From Macrostomum lignano (Eukaryota): a stretch of 64,000 bases of DNA. The stretch lies in NCBI GenBank assembly GCA_002269645.1, contig NIVC01001931.1:1-64000 (forward strand), given 5' to 3'. This document shows positions 1 through 12,000 of this stretch, one piece after another; positions within the stretch are counted from its first letter, which is position 1; every line of letters starts with the position of its first letter. The notes beneath the pieces are model-generated. The model did no database searches. It saw nothing but the letters and a program-made list of their open reading frames with translations, and was not told where the DNA came from. A program made the position numbers and the translations under genes.

Positions 1-93
1 AAGACTGGTTTTAACATACCTACTAACTCGTATTAAGCAGACTAGAGCCTAGAGCTAGCTGGTAGATGCACATTGAACAACATTTTCACCCAC

Positions 94-3000
94 TCTGCAC
101 GGTGATGTTGTTCATGTGCATATCGCTGCCGGCCTTGGCTTCTGGCTGGACACCCAGCCGAGCAGCAGTTTGCGCAGGTGGTACTCTGACCAGCTGGCGT
201 CCTCGGGCACCATCCGGGCGTCAAACACGACGCTGTAATCGCTCGCGCTCGCCGACTCTGCGATAATCGAAGTCTGCGTTGGCCGGACTGCCGAGCTGGT
301 AGTGCCGGCGGCCAGGAACTGGTTGCTGCGGCGGCCGGGTCGAATGCCGGCACCAGCGCGGGGCGACCAGTGGAGTCAGAGATGATGTAAGGATGGGGTC
401 AGGACGACTCTGCAGTGCCGATTCTTCCATAGCGGTTTCAGTGATTGGGTCTTTTTGTGTCTACTGAGGGCCCCTCGCGCATGTGCGCAAGCAGGGAGGG
501 ATAGAGACGGGGGATGAGACAATGAACGGGCGAGGCGACAAAACACCCCCACAATTGATCCAACTTTCCTCAGCCTTACTCACACAAAGCAATTCTTACA
601 ATGTAATCACATGGTCTTCAGGGATGGGATCGTCAGAGATAAGATCGTCAGGGATGGATCGTTAGCAATGGGATCGGCAGCGATGGAATCGTCAGCGGTG
701 GGATCGTCAGGGATGCGATTGTCAGATGGGGTCGCCCAGCACTCACGTGATCGTCCAGCAAGTGCCGTCTCTTCTCAGCATAGTTATTTACGGTGAGCAG
801 CTCAACTCCGGCAAAGTGCACAGCCGAGCTGTACTCGGCCTCGATGTTGATGAAGATTCTTCGCGTCGCGTCGCAGTAGACACACGGGGTCTTCGTGTCA
901 ACCAAGTCGAGAGAAATTCGAGAAACTCGCCGGTGAAGTTGGTGGCAAAGTACTGCTTCAGCAAGGTGGTGTTCCAGGTGTTGGTGTCGACCTCGGCCGG
1001 GTTGCGGGCCCCGATGTGGAAGCGGACGACGCAGTTGCCCCCATCCGGCACGGTGGCCACCTTGCGGCCGATGCGATAGCGGCTCGAGTCCAGACTGCTC
1101 AACTGCGGGTGTGGCGATTCCGGGAAGACTTTTAGGGAAGGGTAGATTAAATGATAGATTATAGGGTAGAGTGAAGGGTTAGAGTGAAGGGTAGAATGAA
1201 GGGTAAAATGAAGGATAGAATGAAGAGCAGATTGAAGTGTAGATTTAAAGGTAGATTGAAGATTAGAGTGAAGGGTAAAGGGAAGGGTGGATTGAAGGGC
1301 AGATTGCAGGTTAGGGCGCAGGTTTAGGTACAACAGCTCAATTTTAATTACCTTCTGTCTTAAGATCGCATCGGTGCATTTCTCCTGAGACAGGCCGGAA
1401 AAAGTCAGGATGACCTCCTTGTCCAGCGGCGACACCACCATCACGGGCTCGGCCTCGGCAGCAGAGGGTACAGCTCCACGTCTGTCAGCGGCTCCGGCAC
1501 GACGGAGAACAGGCCCGTGATCTCGTTGAACTCGCGGAAGGCGGACAGAAAGTTGCGGGCGAAGTCCTCCTCCTGCCATAGCAGGCGGTTGCGGAAGCCG
1601 GTGTCGATCAGCTCCGAGTCCCGCATGAGGACGTAGCTTAGCGTGATCTGCTGCCTGCAGAGCGGCCGGATGGGAGCCTGCTGACCCACCTGACTGCTAC
1701 TGGCTCTACCTGTCTACTGCTGGTTTTATTTGCCTGCTACCTGATCTACCTGACTGCTACTTGATCTACCTGACTGCTGCTTGATCTACCTGACTGCTGC
1801 TTGATCTACCTGACTGCTGCTTGATCTACCTGACTGCTGCTTGATCTACCTGACTGCTAGGGGTTCCAGGGGAGCTAGTTGTGCTTACCTACTCATATTT
1901 TGGTAACTGGAAAAACCAACGGCTCCTAAAGATAGCAATTTATTAAAATCATGTCCTTTTGAGTCCCGCAATTACAAGCATATTGAGCAAGAATCTTGGG
2001 AACTGAGCCTCGTCAATTTTAGCGTACTGAAGCATCTCTTAGAAATTTCATTGCTTATTAAAAGCGCGAATAAATTGAATTTTTCTGTCCAGCCAATTCG
2101 TCAAAGTTCTCTGTTTGCGCTAGCCCATTGTTCTCCTCAGTTATACCTGAACTGAGTCCGGACTGATTGGGTACAAAATTAAAATTTCAACTCGCGGGTT
2201 TTACTGCCGTTTAGTCACTCAGATACGAATTAAATAAACCTGCAGTTGAATATTCCGAGGGCAGGGCTATTCAGAGCTTCTTTTAGCTTCAATAAATTTA
2301 TTGAGGTCTCTTCTGCGGGGATTTCGGTACCCAGGGGCGGTCCGGCAGGTGAGAGACAGCGGATTAGCACACAGGGCCAGTTGCAGGAATGAGATGGCCA
2401 TGACTGAAGCAAGGGCAAGCGATGCAAAGGCACTCGCAAGCACACAATTGAATTGTAATTTGCTTTCGTCACACCAGATTCACCAATTATTAATAATATT
2501 TCAGTAATCATAACTATCCAAAACAGCGGCTCACCTCTCCTCTTCGATCTCAATGGGCATGTCGCTATCGAACGGCACGTAGGTGTAGATTGGCGGCTGG
2601 TTGTTCTCCCGGAGGCTGTCCCGGAAATAGTCCAGATAGAGCACCTTCACCCAGTGGCTGATGAGCTGGCGCAGCGACACGGAGTCGCCGGCGGCCGACC
2701 AGATGCGGGGCGAGACGCGCGCCCGGACCAGGTGCACCAGGCGGCGGACGGCGAACTCGCGTCGGTGCAACTCGTCGAGGCGGGGCTCGCAGGCCGCCTC
2801 CAGCAGGCAGTCGTCGCAGGCGCGGTGCGGCACGGGGCCCTGCACTCGAAGCTGGTCGGCGCGGCGCAGCAGGCCGGCGCGGAACTGGGCGAGCGCGTTG
2901 GCTGGCGAGGGTTCGAATCTCAGCGGGTCAGCGGACTGTATGGTGTACTGCGTGCGGAACTGCAGCTGCGACCCCCTGCGAATGGACACAGTCATTGGGA

Positions 3001-6000
3001 GCATCGGCTTATGCTGGGAGCCGGGCAACTTGTCCGGTGCGCTTAGATGATTAGTAAGGTGTGACCGAGTGATTTGTAAATTTGTGACCAGGTGATTTGT
3101 AAATTTGTGACCAGGTGATTTGTAAATTTGTGACCAGGTGATTTCTCATTCTGGTGATTGGGTTTCTCATTCCGGTGATTGGGTTTCTCATTCCGGTGAT
3201 TGGGTTTCTCATTCCGGTGATTGGGTTTCTCATTCTGGTGATTGGGTTTCTCATTCCGGTGATTGGGTTTCTCATTCCGGTGATTGGGATTCTCATTCCG
3301 GTGATTGGGATTCTCATTCCGGTGATTGGGTAAGCACGGTGGTGGCAAACAGGCGCCCAAACGTACACAATTTGAGCGTCCAGATTTAGGAAGGTGGCGC
3401 CCTCCACGGAGTCGGGCAACGTCAGCCGGAAGCCCCTAGCAACCAGCTTGGCCTCCTCAGTTGCGTTGGCGTAGCAGTCGGCTATGAGGCTCGCAGCGTC
3501 CTCGCGCAGCTGAGACGCGTTCTTTTGCGACCAGTGGCGCAGGTCCTCCTTGCTGAGCAGCAGGGCGTCCCGGTGGTGGATCAGTGAGGCGTTGGCGCCG
3601 GTCTCCGAGCAACCGGCGGCCGACTTGACGACAAAGACGGCGCGCTCGGGCACGCGGTTCAGGCGGATCTGCATGGCGTCTAGGCGGTAGTCACGTGACA
3701 GGAAACCGGAGCGGAACAGGCGGGCCAGGCGCTCGTTAGACCAGGTGGCCTCGCGGGAGCTGCGCAGCACGTAGTTGGCCTTGAAGGCCAGGCCGGTGGC
3801 GCTGCGGGGGAGGAGGCAGCGATGAGTATTTTTAATGGGCAGATGAGCACATCCTACATGTACATGAGCAGATCGATGAGCACATTTTGCAGGAACAGAT
3901 GAGCACATTTTACAGGAACAGATGAGCATATTTTACATGGGCAGATGAGCACATTTAAGAAATTGTACCTGGTGGCATTAACCCTTTTCACCTACAAAAA
4001 TTAGCAGATTGAGAAAGTACCTGCAGAAAGGAGCAATTCCTCACCTAGAGAGTCAGAGAGACGTAGAGTATGGCTAGAGAAACAAGCATTCTTACTCGGA
4101 AGAGATGAGCACTTTCTACATAACTGTCAACGCCCGAGACTGTTCTACCCTTGGTACGTCAGGTCTCTCAGCAGAAAGAATTGCGAGCCCCAACTCACTC
4201 GGACACGATGTCGGAGACGCTGATGGCGCCCTCGATGCTGAAAACCCGGTCATCCTCCCTGGCCTGCAGGAAGCCGGTGGACAGCCACAGGCGCAGGCCG
4301 GCCTTCGCGAATTGCGACACCAGGCGGTGGACTTTGGCCGCGCGCTGCGCCGGTGACACCGGCAGGACCGTCAAGCTCACCTGGTGCTGCACCTTGCGGC
4401 GCATCTTGTCGAACTTTGCGTCGGCCGGGTTGATTGAAGTCTGCAGGACGGCAACTTCCATGTCAGGAAAGACGAACCGAAGACCTTCCAGCAGCTCCCG
4501 CTCCAGCAGGTCCTTGCGCCACACCCGCTCCGGGTCGCCGAGGGTGGACAATGTGAATACCGCGGTGAATTCGATTCTGTCCTGCGAGCTGTTAGGAGGG
4601 AATTTTTGCGGCTTCAAGTCCGGCAGGTAGGACAGGTGGGACAGGGGACAGGTAGATCGGGAGAGATGGAAAGGTGGGAAGGTGGGAGGGTAGGAGAGGT
4701 GGGAAGATGGAGGGTGGAACAGGTGGGAAGATGGGAGGGTGGGACAGGTGAAACAGGTGGGAGGTGGTAGCGATAAGAGGGTGGGAAGGTGGGAATGGTG
4801 GATAGATGAAATAGATGAGAGAGGTGGGACAGGTGGGACAGGTGGGAGGGGGAGGGAAGAGAGATGGTAGAGCGCAAGATAAGAACAGAGGTGAGCAGAG
4901 TAGCTGCAGATGCCAACGCCAAGCAAAGGAGCTACTTGAGCTGACGAGTACAGGAGGCGTACCGGCACTCGTCCTCATCAAAGTGGTCCAAATCGAAGTC
5001 ACGCTCCCTGTCCACAGCGAAGTACTGCCTGGACGTGTAGTAGTAGGCCTTCTGCAGGATCTGCTGCGAGAACCAGGCGCCGCAGAGTCGCTTGGAGTAG
5101 TGGCTGTACCGCAGCTTGGTCACAATGAGCCGGCGCGACTCGCCAAAGTAGTTCTTGTACTTGTACTTAACGGTTCGGAAGATTTGCTTCTCTGAAATTT
5201 TTTGTCTTTTAATGCTTAGAACGGGCTATGGCACGAGTAGAGTGGTGCAGGGGTAGCTAGAGTGGTGCTGGTGCAGGGGTATCTAGAGTGGTGCTGGTGC
5301 AGGGGTAGCTAGAGTGGTGCTGGTGCAGGGTAGCTAGAGTGGTGCTGGTGCAGGGGTATCTAGAGTGGTGCTGGTGCAGGGGTAGCTAGAGTGGTGCTGG
5401 TGCAGGGGTAGCTAGAGTGGTGCTGGTGCAGGGGTAGCTAGAGTGGTGCTGGTGCAGGGGTATCTAGAGTGGTGCTGGTGCAGGGGTATCTAGAGTGGTG
5501 CTGGTGCAGGGGTAGCTAGAGTGGTGCTGGTGCAGGGGTAGCTAGAGTGGTGCTGGTGCAGGGGTAGCTAGAGTGGTGCTGGTGCAGGGTATCTAGAGTG
5601 GTGCTGGTGCAGGGGTAGCTAGAGTGGTGCTGGTGCAGGGGTATCTAGAGTGGTGCTGGTGCAGGGGTAGCTAGAGTGGTGCTGGTGCAGGGGTATCTAG
5701 AGTGGTGCTGGTGCAGGGGTAGCTAGAGTGGTGCTGGTGCAGGGGTAGCTAGAGTGGTGCTGGTGCAGGGGTATCTAGAGTGGTGCTGGTGCAGGGGTAT
5801 CTAGAGTGGTGCTGGTGCAGGGGTATCTAGAGTGGTGCTGGTGCAGGGGTATCTAGAGTGGTGCAGGGGTATCTAGAGTGGTGCAAGGACCGTTTATTTG
5901 ACGGTCACATCGGAGGGTCACAATGGAGGGCCACATGTGATACCATTGTTTGAGTTTCACAAAACGGTCACAGTCAAAATGCGACAGTCCCACTTTTATA

Positions 6001-9000
6001 CGGGAATTTTATAGACTTTGCTCTTTGGTGAAATGTACAAAGTTTTTTAGAAATTTTAAAGCCTTTGCACCTGGTTTCTTGATTACTCTCGTAACTCATT
6101 CGTCCCAACTCTCAGTTGCTTTCAGTTCTCCATGGAGGTTGGGAAAATCATTTTCAAAGACAAGTGCTTCCAATCAGCACCAAGTCATCAAACCAGACGG
6201 GGTCAATATTGACACGGGCATTCTAATTAAGCGAAACTGTCTGATGAAGGCCTGTGGCTCAACGCCCACGCAAAATTGCAGCATTTCTGCGGAATCAGCA
6301 GATCTTGTTTTCGACTCCGCCAGTGTCTCCGTCTGCTCAGATCTCCGCCATCGCTGCATCAGAGGTCCTGCTGTGCCACGCCTTCCCATGTTGCTCGTGG
6401 CCACCTCTGCTTGGTCTCCGTTCATGGAAATACTTGTAACTGCTTCGCTTTAATCTACTCAAACCCGATCTACTCTAATCCGATCTTCAAAGACCCAATC
6501 AACTTCGTCAATTGGACTCAACAGAAGCCCGGAATCTCAATATACTTCATTCACTGCTCAAACAAAAAAACCGAAAGCTCACCGTCGACCCGTACGCGCG
6601 CTCGAGTCGGACACGCGGCCCAGCCACCGGTGAAAGCCTTCGTCCGCGCGAATGAACCGCTCGAAGGAGTCGCGGATGTCGCCGCTCGCCGTCCGGTGTC
6701 GGCGCGGAACAGAGCGCGCAGGTTCGTAGAGGCCTCGTCTTTATCGGGTGCGAATGTCACGTTGCTGGGGTGGGGAAGGAAAAGGAGGGGGTCGGGCATG
6801 GCCCGAGTTGCTGAGAAGAAATACATCGAGTAGGAAAATCGAGAAGACGAAAGATCTGTCTCGTGAAAAAGATGGAGATGAGAGAGAGTTTCCATCGACA
6901 GGTTAGGAAAAGAATGAAAAGAAAATGAGAAAAGATGTGAAGAGAGAGGGGGGAAAAGAGGCCGGAGGAAAGAGGCGGGAGGAAGAGGCGGGGAAGAGGC
7001 GAGAGGGAAGAGGCGAGAGGGAAGAGGCGGGAGGGAAGAGGCGGGAGGGAAGAGGCGGGGAAGAGGCGGAGGGAAGAGGCGGGGGGAAGAGGCGGGAGGA
7101 AGAGGCGGAGGGAAGAGGCGGGGGAAGAGGCGGGAGGGAAGAGGCGGGGAAGAGGCGGGAGGGAAGAGGTGGGAGGGAAGAGGCGGGGGAAGAGGCGGGA
7201 GGGAAGAGGCGGGAGGGAAGAGGCGGGGGAAGAGGCGAGGAAGAGGCGGGAGGGAAGAGGCGGAGGGAAGAGGCGGGGAAGAGGCGGGAGGGAAGAGGCG
7301 GGAGGGAAGAGGCGGGGAAGAGGCGGGAGGGAAGAGGCGGGAGGGAAGAGGCGGGGAAGAGGCGGGAGGGAAGAGGCGGGAGGGAAGAGGCGGGGGAAGA
7401 GGCGGGAGGGAAGAGGCGGGGAAAGAGGCGGGAGGGAAGAGGTGGGAGGGAAGAGGCGGGGGAAGAGGCGAGAGGGAAGAGGCGGGAGGGAAGATGCGAG
7501 AGGGAAGAGGCGAGAGGGAAGAGGCGGGGGAAGAGGCGGGAGGGAAGAGGCGGGAGGGAAGAGGCGGGGAAGAGGCGGGAGGGAAGAGGCGGGAGGGAAG
7601 AGGCGGGAGGAAGATGCGAGAGGAAGAGGCGGGAGGGAAGAGGCGGGAGGGAAGAGGCGGGAGAAGAGGCGAGAGGGAAGAGGCGGGGGAAGAGGCGGGA
7701 GGGAAGAGGCGGGAGGGAAGAGGCGGGGGAAGAGGCGGAGGGAAGAGGCGGGAGGGAAGAGGCGGGAGGGAAGAGGCGGGGGAAGAGGCGGGAGGGAAGA
7801 GGCGGGAGGGAAGAGGCGGGAGGAAGAGGCGGGGAAGAGGCGGGAGGGAAGAGGCGGGAGGGAAGAGGCGGGGGAAGAGGCGGGAGGGAAGAGGCGGGAG
7901 GGAAGATGCGAGAGGGAAGAGGCGGGAGGGAAGAGGCGGGGAAGAGGCGGGGGAAGAGGCGGAGGGAAGAGGCGGGGGAAGAGGTGGGAGGGAAGAGGCG
8001 GGAGGGAAGATGCGAGAGGGAAGAGGCGGGAGGGAAGAGGCGGGAGGGAAGAGGCGGGAGGGAAGATGCGAGAGGAAGAGGCGGGGGAAGAGGCGAGAGG
8101 GAAGAGGCGGGGAAGAGGCGGGAGGGAAGAGGTGGGAGGGAAGAGGCGGGGGAAGAGGCGGGAGGGAAGAGGCGGGTGGGAAGAGGCGGGGGAAGAGGCG
8201 GGAGGGAAGAGGCGGGAGGGAAGAGGCGGGGAAGAGGCGGGAGGGAAGAGGCGGGAGGGAAGAGGCGGGGGAAGAGGCGGGAGGGAAGAGGCGGGAGGGA
8301 AGAGGCGGGGAAGAGGCGGAGGAAGAGGCGGGAGGGAAGATGCGAGAGGGAAGAGGCGGGAGGGAAGAGGCGGGAGGGAAGAGGCGGGAGGGAAGATGCG
8401 AGAGGGAAGAGGCGGGGAAGAGGTGGGAGGGAAGAGGCGGGGGAAGAGGGGCAGAGAAAAAGATGTACGAGCGTACATGGAAGCACCAGTATTCAGAGAG
8501 AAAATAACAAAAATGAAAAACTTTAAGTCAGCTGACAGGGCCGAGCAGGCTACTCACCTGAGCAGGATCATGTTGTGGAACTCGTTGGGCACGGCGCTCC
8601 GGTCGCCGTCGATCGCAGGAAGGGAAGCCGGTGCAGCAGGCTGGTCTCGCACATGGCGGTGAAGTACACGGAGTTCTCGCGCAGGTGCGACTGGCCGAGC
8701 GAACCGCCACGTTTGCCGAGTAGGAGAAGAACTTGCGGTCCGGGTAGGGCACCTCTTGCAGGTAGTCCATGCAGGCGACGATGATTGGCAGCACTGGGGT
8801 TGTGTGATTGATTGATTGGTTTACTTGGTTCACTGTGAGCACGAGATAATTGTCACAGTGAACCAAGTCAGATATGGCCTGACTTTTTAAGCTTGGGAAG
8901 AAACGAAAATGAGTCAAAAACTTGGTCGAGAATCGGATCGATAAACGATATCTCTAATAACAGTAAACTGCAGAAGCTCGAGTGGACCCAGTAGTATTTA

Positions 9001-12000
9001 TAATATTCAAGTGACAAGAATAAAGATGATCGAGGTGACCCAGGAGACTGGTCAAGTGACAGGTTGACCCAGGTGACTGGTCAGGTGACTGGTTGACCCA
9101 GGTGACTGGTTGATCCAGGTGACTGGTTGACCCAGGTGACTGGTTGACCCAGGTGACTGGTTGACCCAGGTGACTGGTTGACCCAGGTGACTGGTTGACC
9201 CAGGTGACTGGTTGACCCAGGTGACAACCAGTACAATTAGCTACCCGAGTCAACAGTACAATTAGCTAGTACAATTAGCTAAAAACTCCGGTGAGCCAGA
9301 CCCTAAGATGAATTCTGTGGCCTACGAGCGTATTTAAACGAGATGAGCAGGCAGACCTGGGATCGATAGCAAACTTTGCAGTCCTCTCAAAGCACCCCCC
9401 ACGGGTGGATTAAAAACAACAGGAAATTGTCTTATGCATCACGAAGGTCCTCCTTTTGAAAAGCTTTCGACAGTTCTATTTCGATACACCTGTAGTAACT
9501 AAATGATGAGGATGAAAGCAGCTAAGCGAACTCTGGCTAAAGAATCTAAAGAAGCGGCTCGATAAGCATAATTGGCACTGTGTGCCCCAGGAGACTCTCG
9601 CGGAGACGCGGGGGAGACATCCCTAAAAGTTCAGATGTAAATTTAAAAACAATGAAAACATTTTTTTAAATTTCTGCTGAATTTAACTCTGCATACCTGG
9701 TTTATCTGCTAGAAATATAAGATACCTGCAGTTCCTATCTGTTAGAATTAGAAAATACCTGCAGATGGGCAGTTCCTACCTGTTAGAATTAGAAAATACC
9801 TGCAGATGGGCAGTTCCTACCTGTTAGAATTAGAAAATACCTGTAGATGGGCAGTTCCTACCTGTTAGAATTAGAAAATACCTGCAGATGGGCAGTTCCT
9901 ACCTGTTAGAATTAGAAAATATCTGCAGATGGGCAGTTCCTACCTGTTAGAATTAGAAAATACCTGCAGATGGGCAGTTCCTACCTGTTAGAATCCCGAC
10001 CGGAAATAATTGTTCTTTAAATGCGTCAAATAGCACATAAAAAATGAATTGGGGGGAATCCCAAAATAACTGTCGAAATGACACGAAATTGGCGAGAATC
10101 GACAATTGGTGGCACAGCTTGGCACAAATATAACTGTGCCAAATGGCATAGCTACGGCACAATTGGTACAATTGTATCAAGTGTGCCAAATATGACATAC
10201 AAAGACATTTGTAACTCTGTCAAAGGGCATGTTTGTGGCACAACTGGCACACTTACTGTTTTTGAAAGGACAAATATTTTCGGTCGGGATTAGAAAATAC
10301 CTGCAGATGGGCAGTTCCTACCTGTTAGAATTAGAAAATACCTGCAGATGGGCAGTTCCTACCTGTTAGAATTAGAAAATACCTGCAGATGGGCAGTTCC
10401 TACCTGTTAGAATTAGAAAATACCTGCAGATGGGCAGTTCCTACCTGCTCGACAATCTGTCCCTAATCATTGTGAGTAAATTCCTACAATAAGTCAAAGC
10501 ACTCGGCTCAAATAGCAGTGTGAGCGAGTCTGAACTCACCTGAAATTCGCACATTGCTCAGCCGCAGGAAGAACACATCGCCAGACGAATGAGTCTCCAT
10601 GTAGTGCTCGAGGTTGTGCAGAAATTGTGCGGCCAAATCGGTTGAATTCGGATGCCGCTCGTTCCTGGCAGTGATCCACAGGTCCAGCTGAGCATTCACC
10701 ATCACCTTCTGGCCCAGCACCTCCAGCTCGAATGCGTTGTTCTTATGATGCATTGTGTAATAGTGGTCTCCGTTCTCTAGCAAGTAATGTACCTGTGTGC
10801 GAGGCGAGCCATTGTTCAATTCGTTAGATTTTTAGAGAAATTTTTTCATAGATTTGGGCTTTGAAATACATCCCCTGAAGGGATGGCTCCGCTTCACTTG
10901 AGGCATCTCCCCATGCCACACCTGGGAATCTCCCTATTTCCCACCTGGGAATCTCCCCATGCCCCACCTGGGAATCTCCCCATGCCCCACCTGGGAATCT
11001 CCCCATGCCCCACCTGGGAATCGCCCCATGCCCCATCTGGGAATCTCACCATGCCCCATCTGGGAATCTCCCCATGCCCCACTTGGGAATCTCCCCATGC
11101 CACACCTGGGAATCTCCCCATGCCACACCTGGGAATCGCCCCATGCCCCACCTGGGAATCGCCCCATGCCCCATCTGGGAATCTCCCCATGCCCCACCTG
11201 GGAATCTCCCCATGCCCCACCTGGGAATCTCCCCATGCCCCACCTGGGAATCGCCCCATGCCCCATCTGGGAATCTCACCATGCCCCATCTGGGAATCTC
11301 CCCATGCCCCACTTGGGAATCTCCCCATGCCACACCTGGGAATCTCTCCATGCCACACCTGGGAATCGCCCCATGCCCCACCTGGGAATCGCCCCATGCC
11401 CCATCTGGGAATCTCCCCATGCCCCATCTGGGAATCTTCCCATGCCCCACTTGGGAATCTCCCCATGCCACACCTGGGAATCTCCCCATGCCCCACTTGG
11501 GAATCTCCCCATGCCACACCTGGGAATCTCCCCATGCCCCACTTGGGAATCTCCCCATGCCACACCTGGGAATCTCCCCATGCCCCACTTGGGAATCTCC
11601 CCATGCCACACCTGGGAATCTCCCCATGCCCCATCTGGGAATCTCCCCATGCCCCACCCGGGAATCTCCCCATGCCACACCTGGGAATCTCCTCATGCTC
11701 CACCTGGGAATCTCCCCATGCCCCATCTGGGAATCTCCCCATGCCCCGTCTGGGAATCTTCCCATGCCCCACTTGGGAATCTCCCCATGCCCCACCTGAG
11801 AATCTCCCCATGCCTCATCTGGGAATCTCCCCATGCCACACCTGGGAATCTCCCCATGCCACACCTGGGAATCTCCTCATGCTCCACCTGGGAATCTCCC
11901 CATGCCCCACCTGGGAATCTCCCCATGCCCCACCCGGGAATCTCCCCATGCCACACCTGGGAATCTCCTCATGCTCCATTTGGGAATCTCCCCATGCCCC

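Noticed and set aside
6174-6425. 83-aa minus-strand ORF as an additional exon
   Set aside because: Lower GC3 and no convincing splice pair. The flanking exons already join in phase. The same applies to 2230-2553 and 16384-16629.
6595-6695. Alternative frame SGDIRDSFERFIRADEGFHRWLGRVSDSS inside exon 6764-6583
   Set aside because: It looks protein-like, but the exon is already open and phase-correct without a shift. It would need compensating indels, so it was not counted.
6757-8662. Several 340-570 aa ORFs (P/S/L-rich and R/G/E-rich)
   Set aside because: They are translations of a stop-free purine repeat that lies inside a phase-consistent intron (6765-8557).
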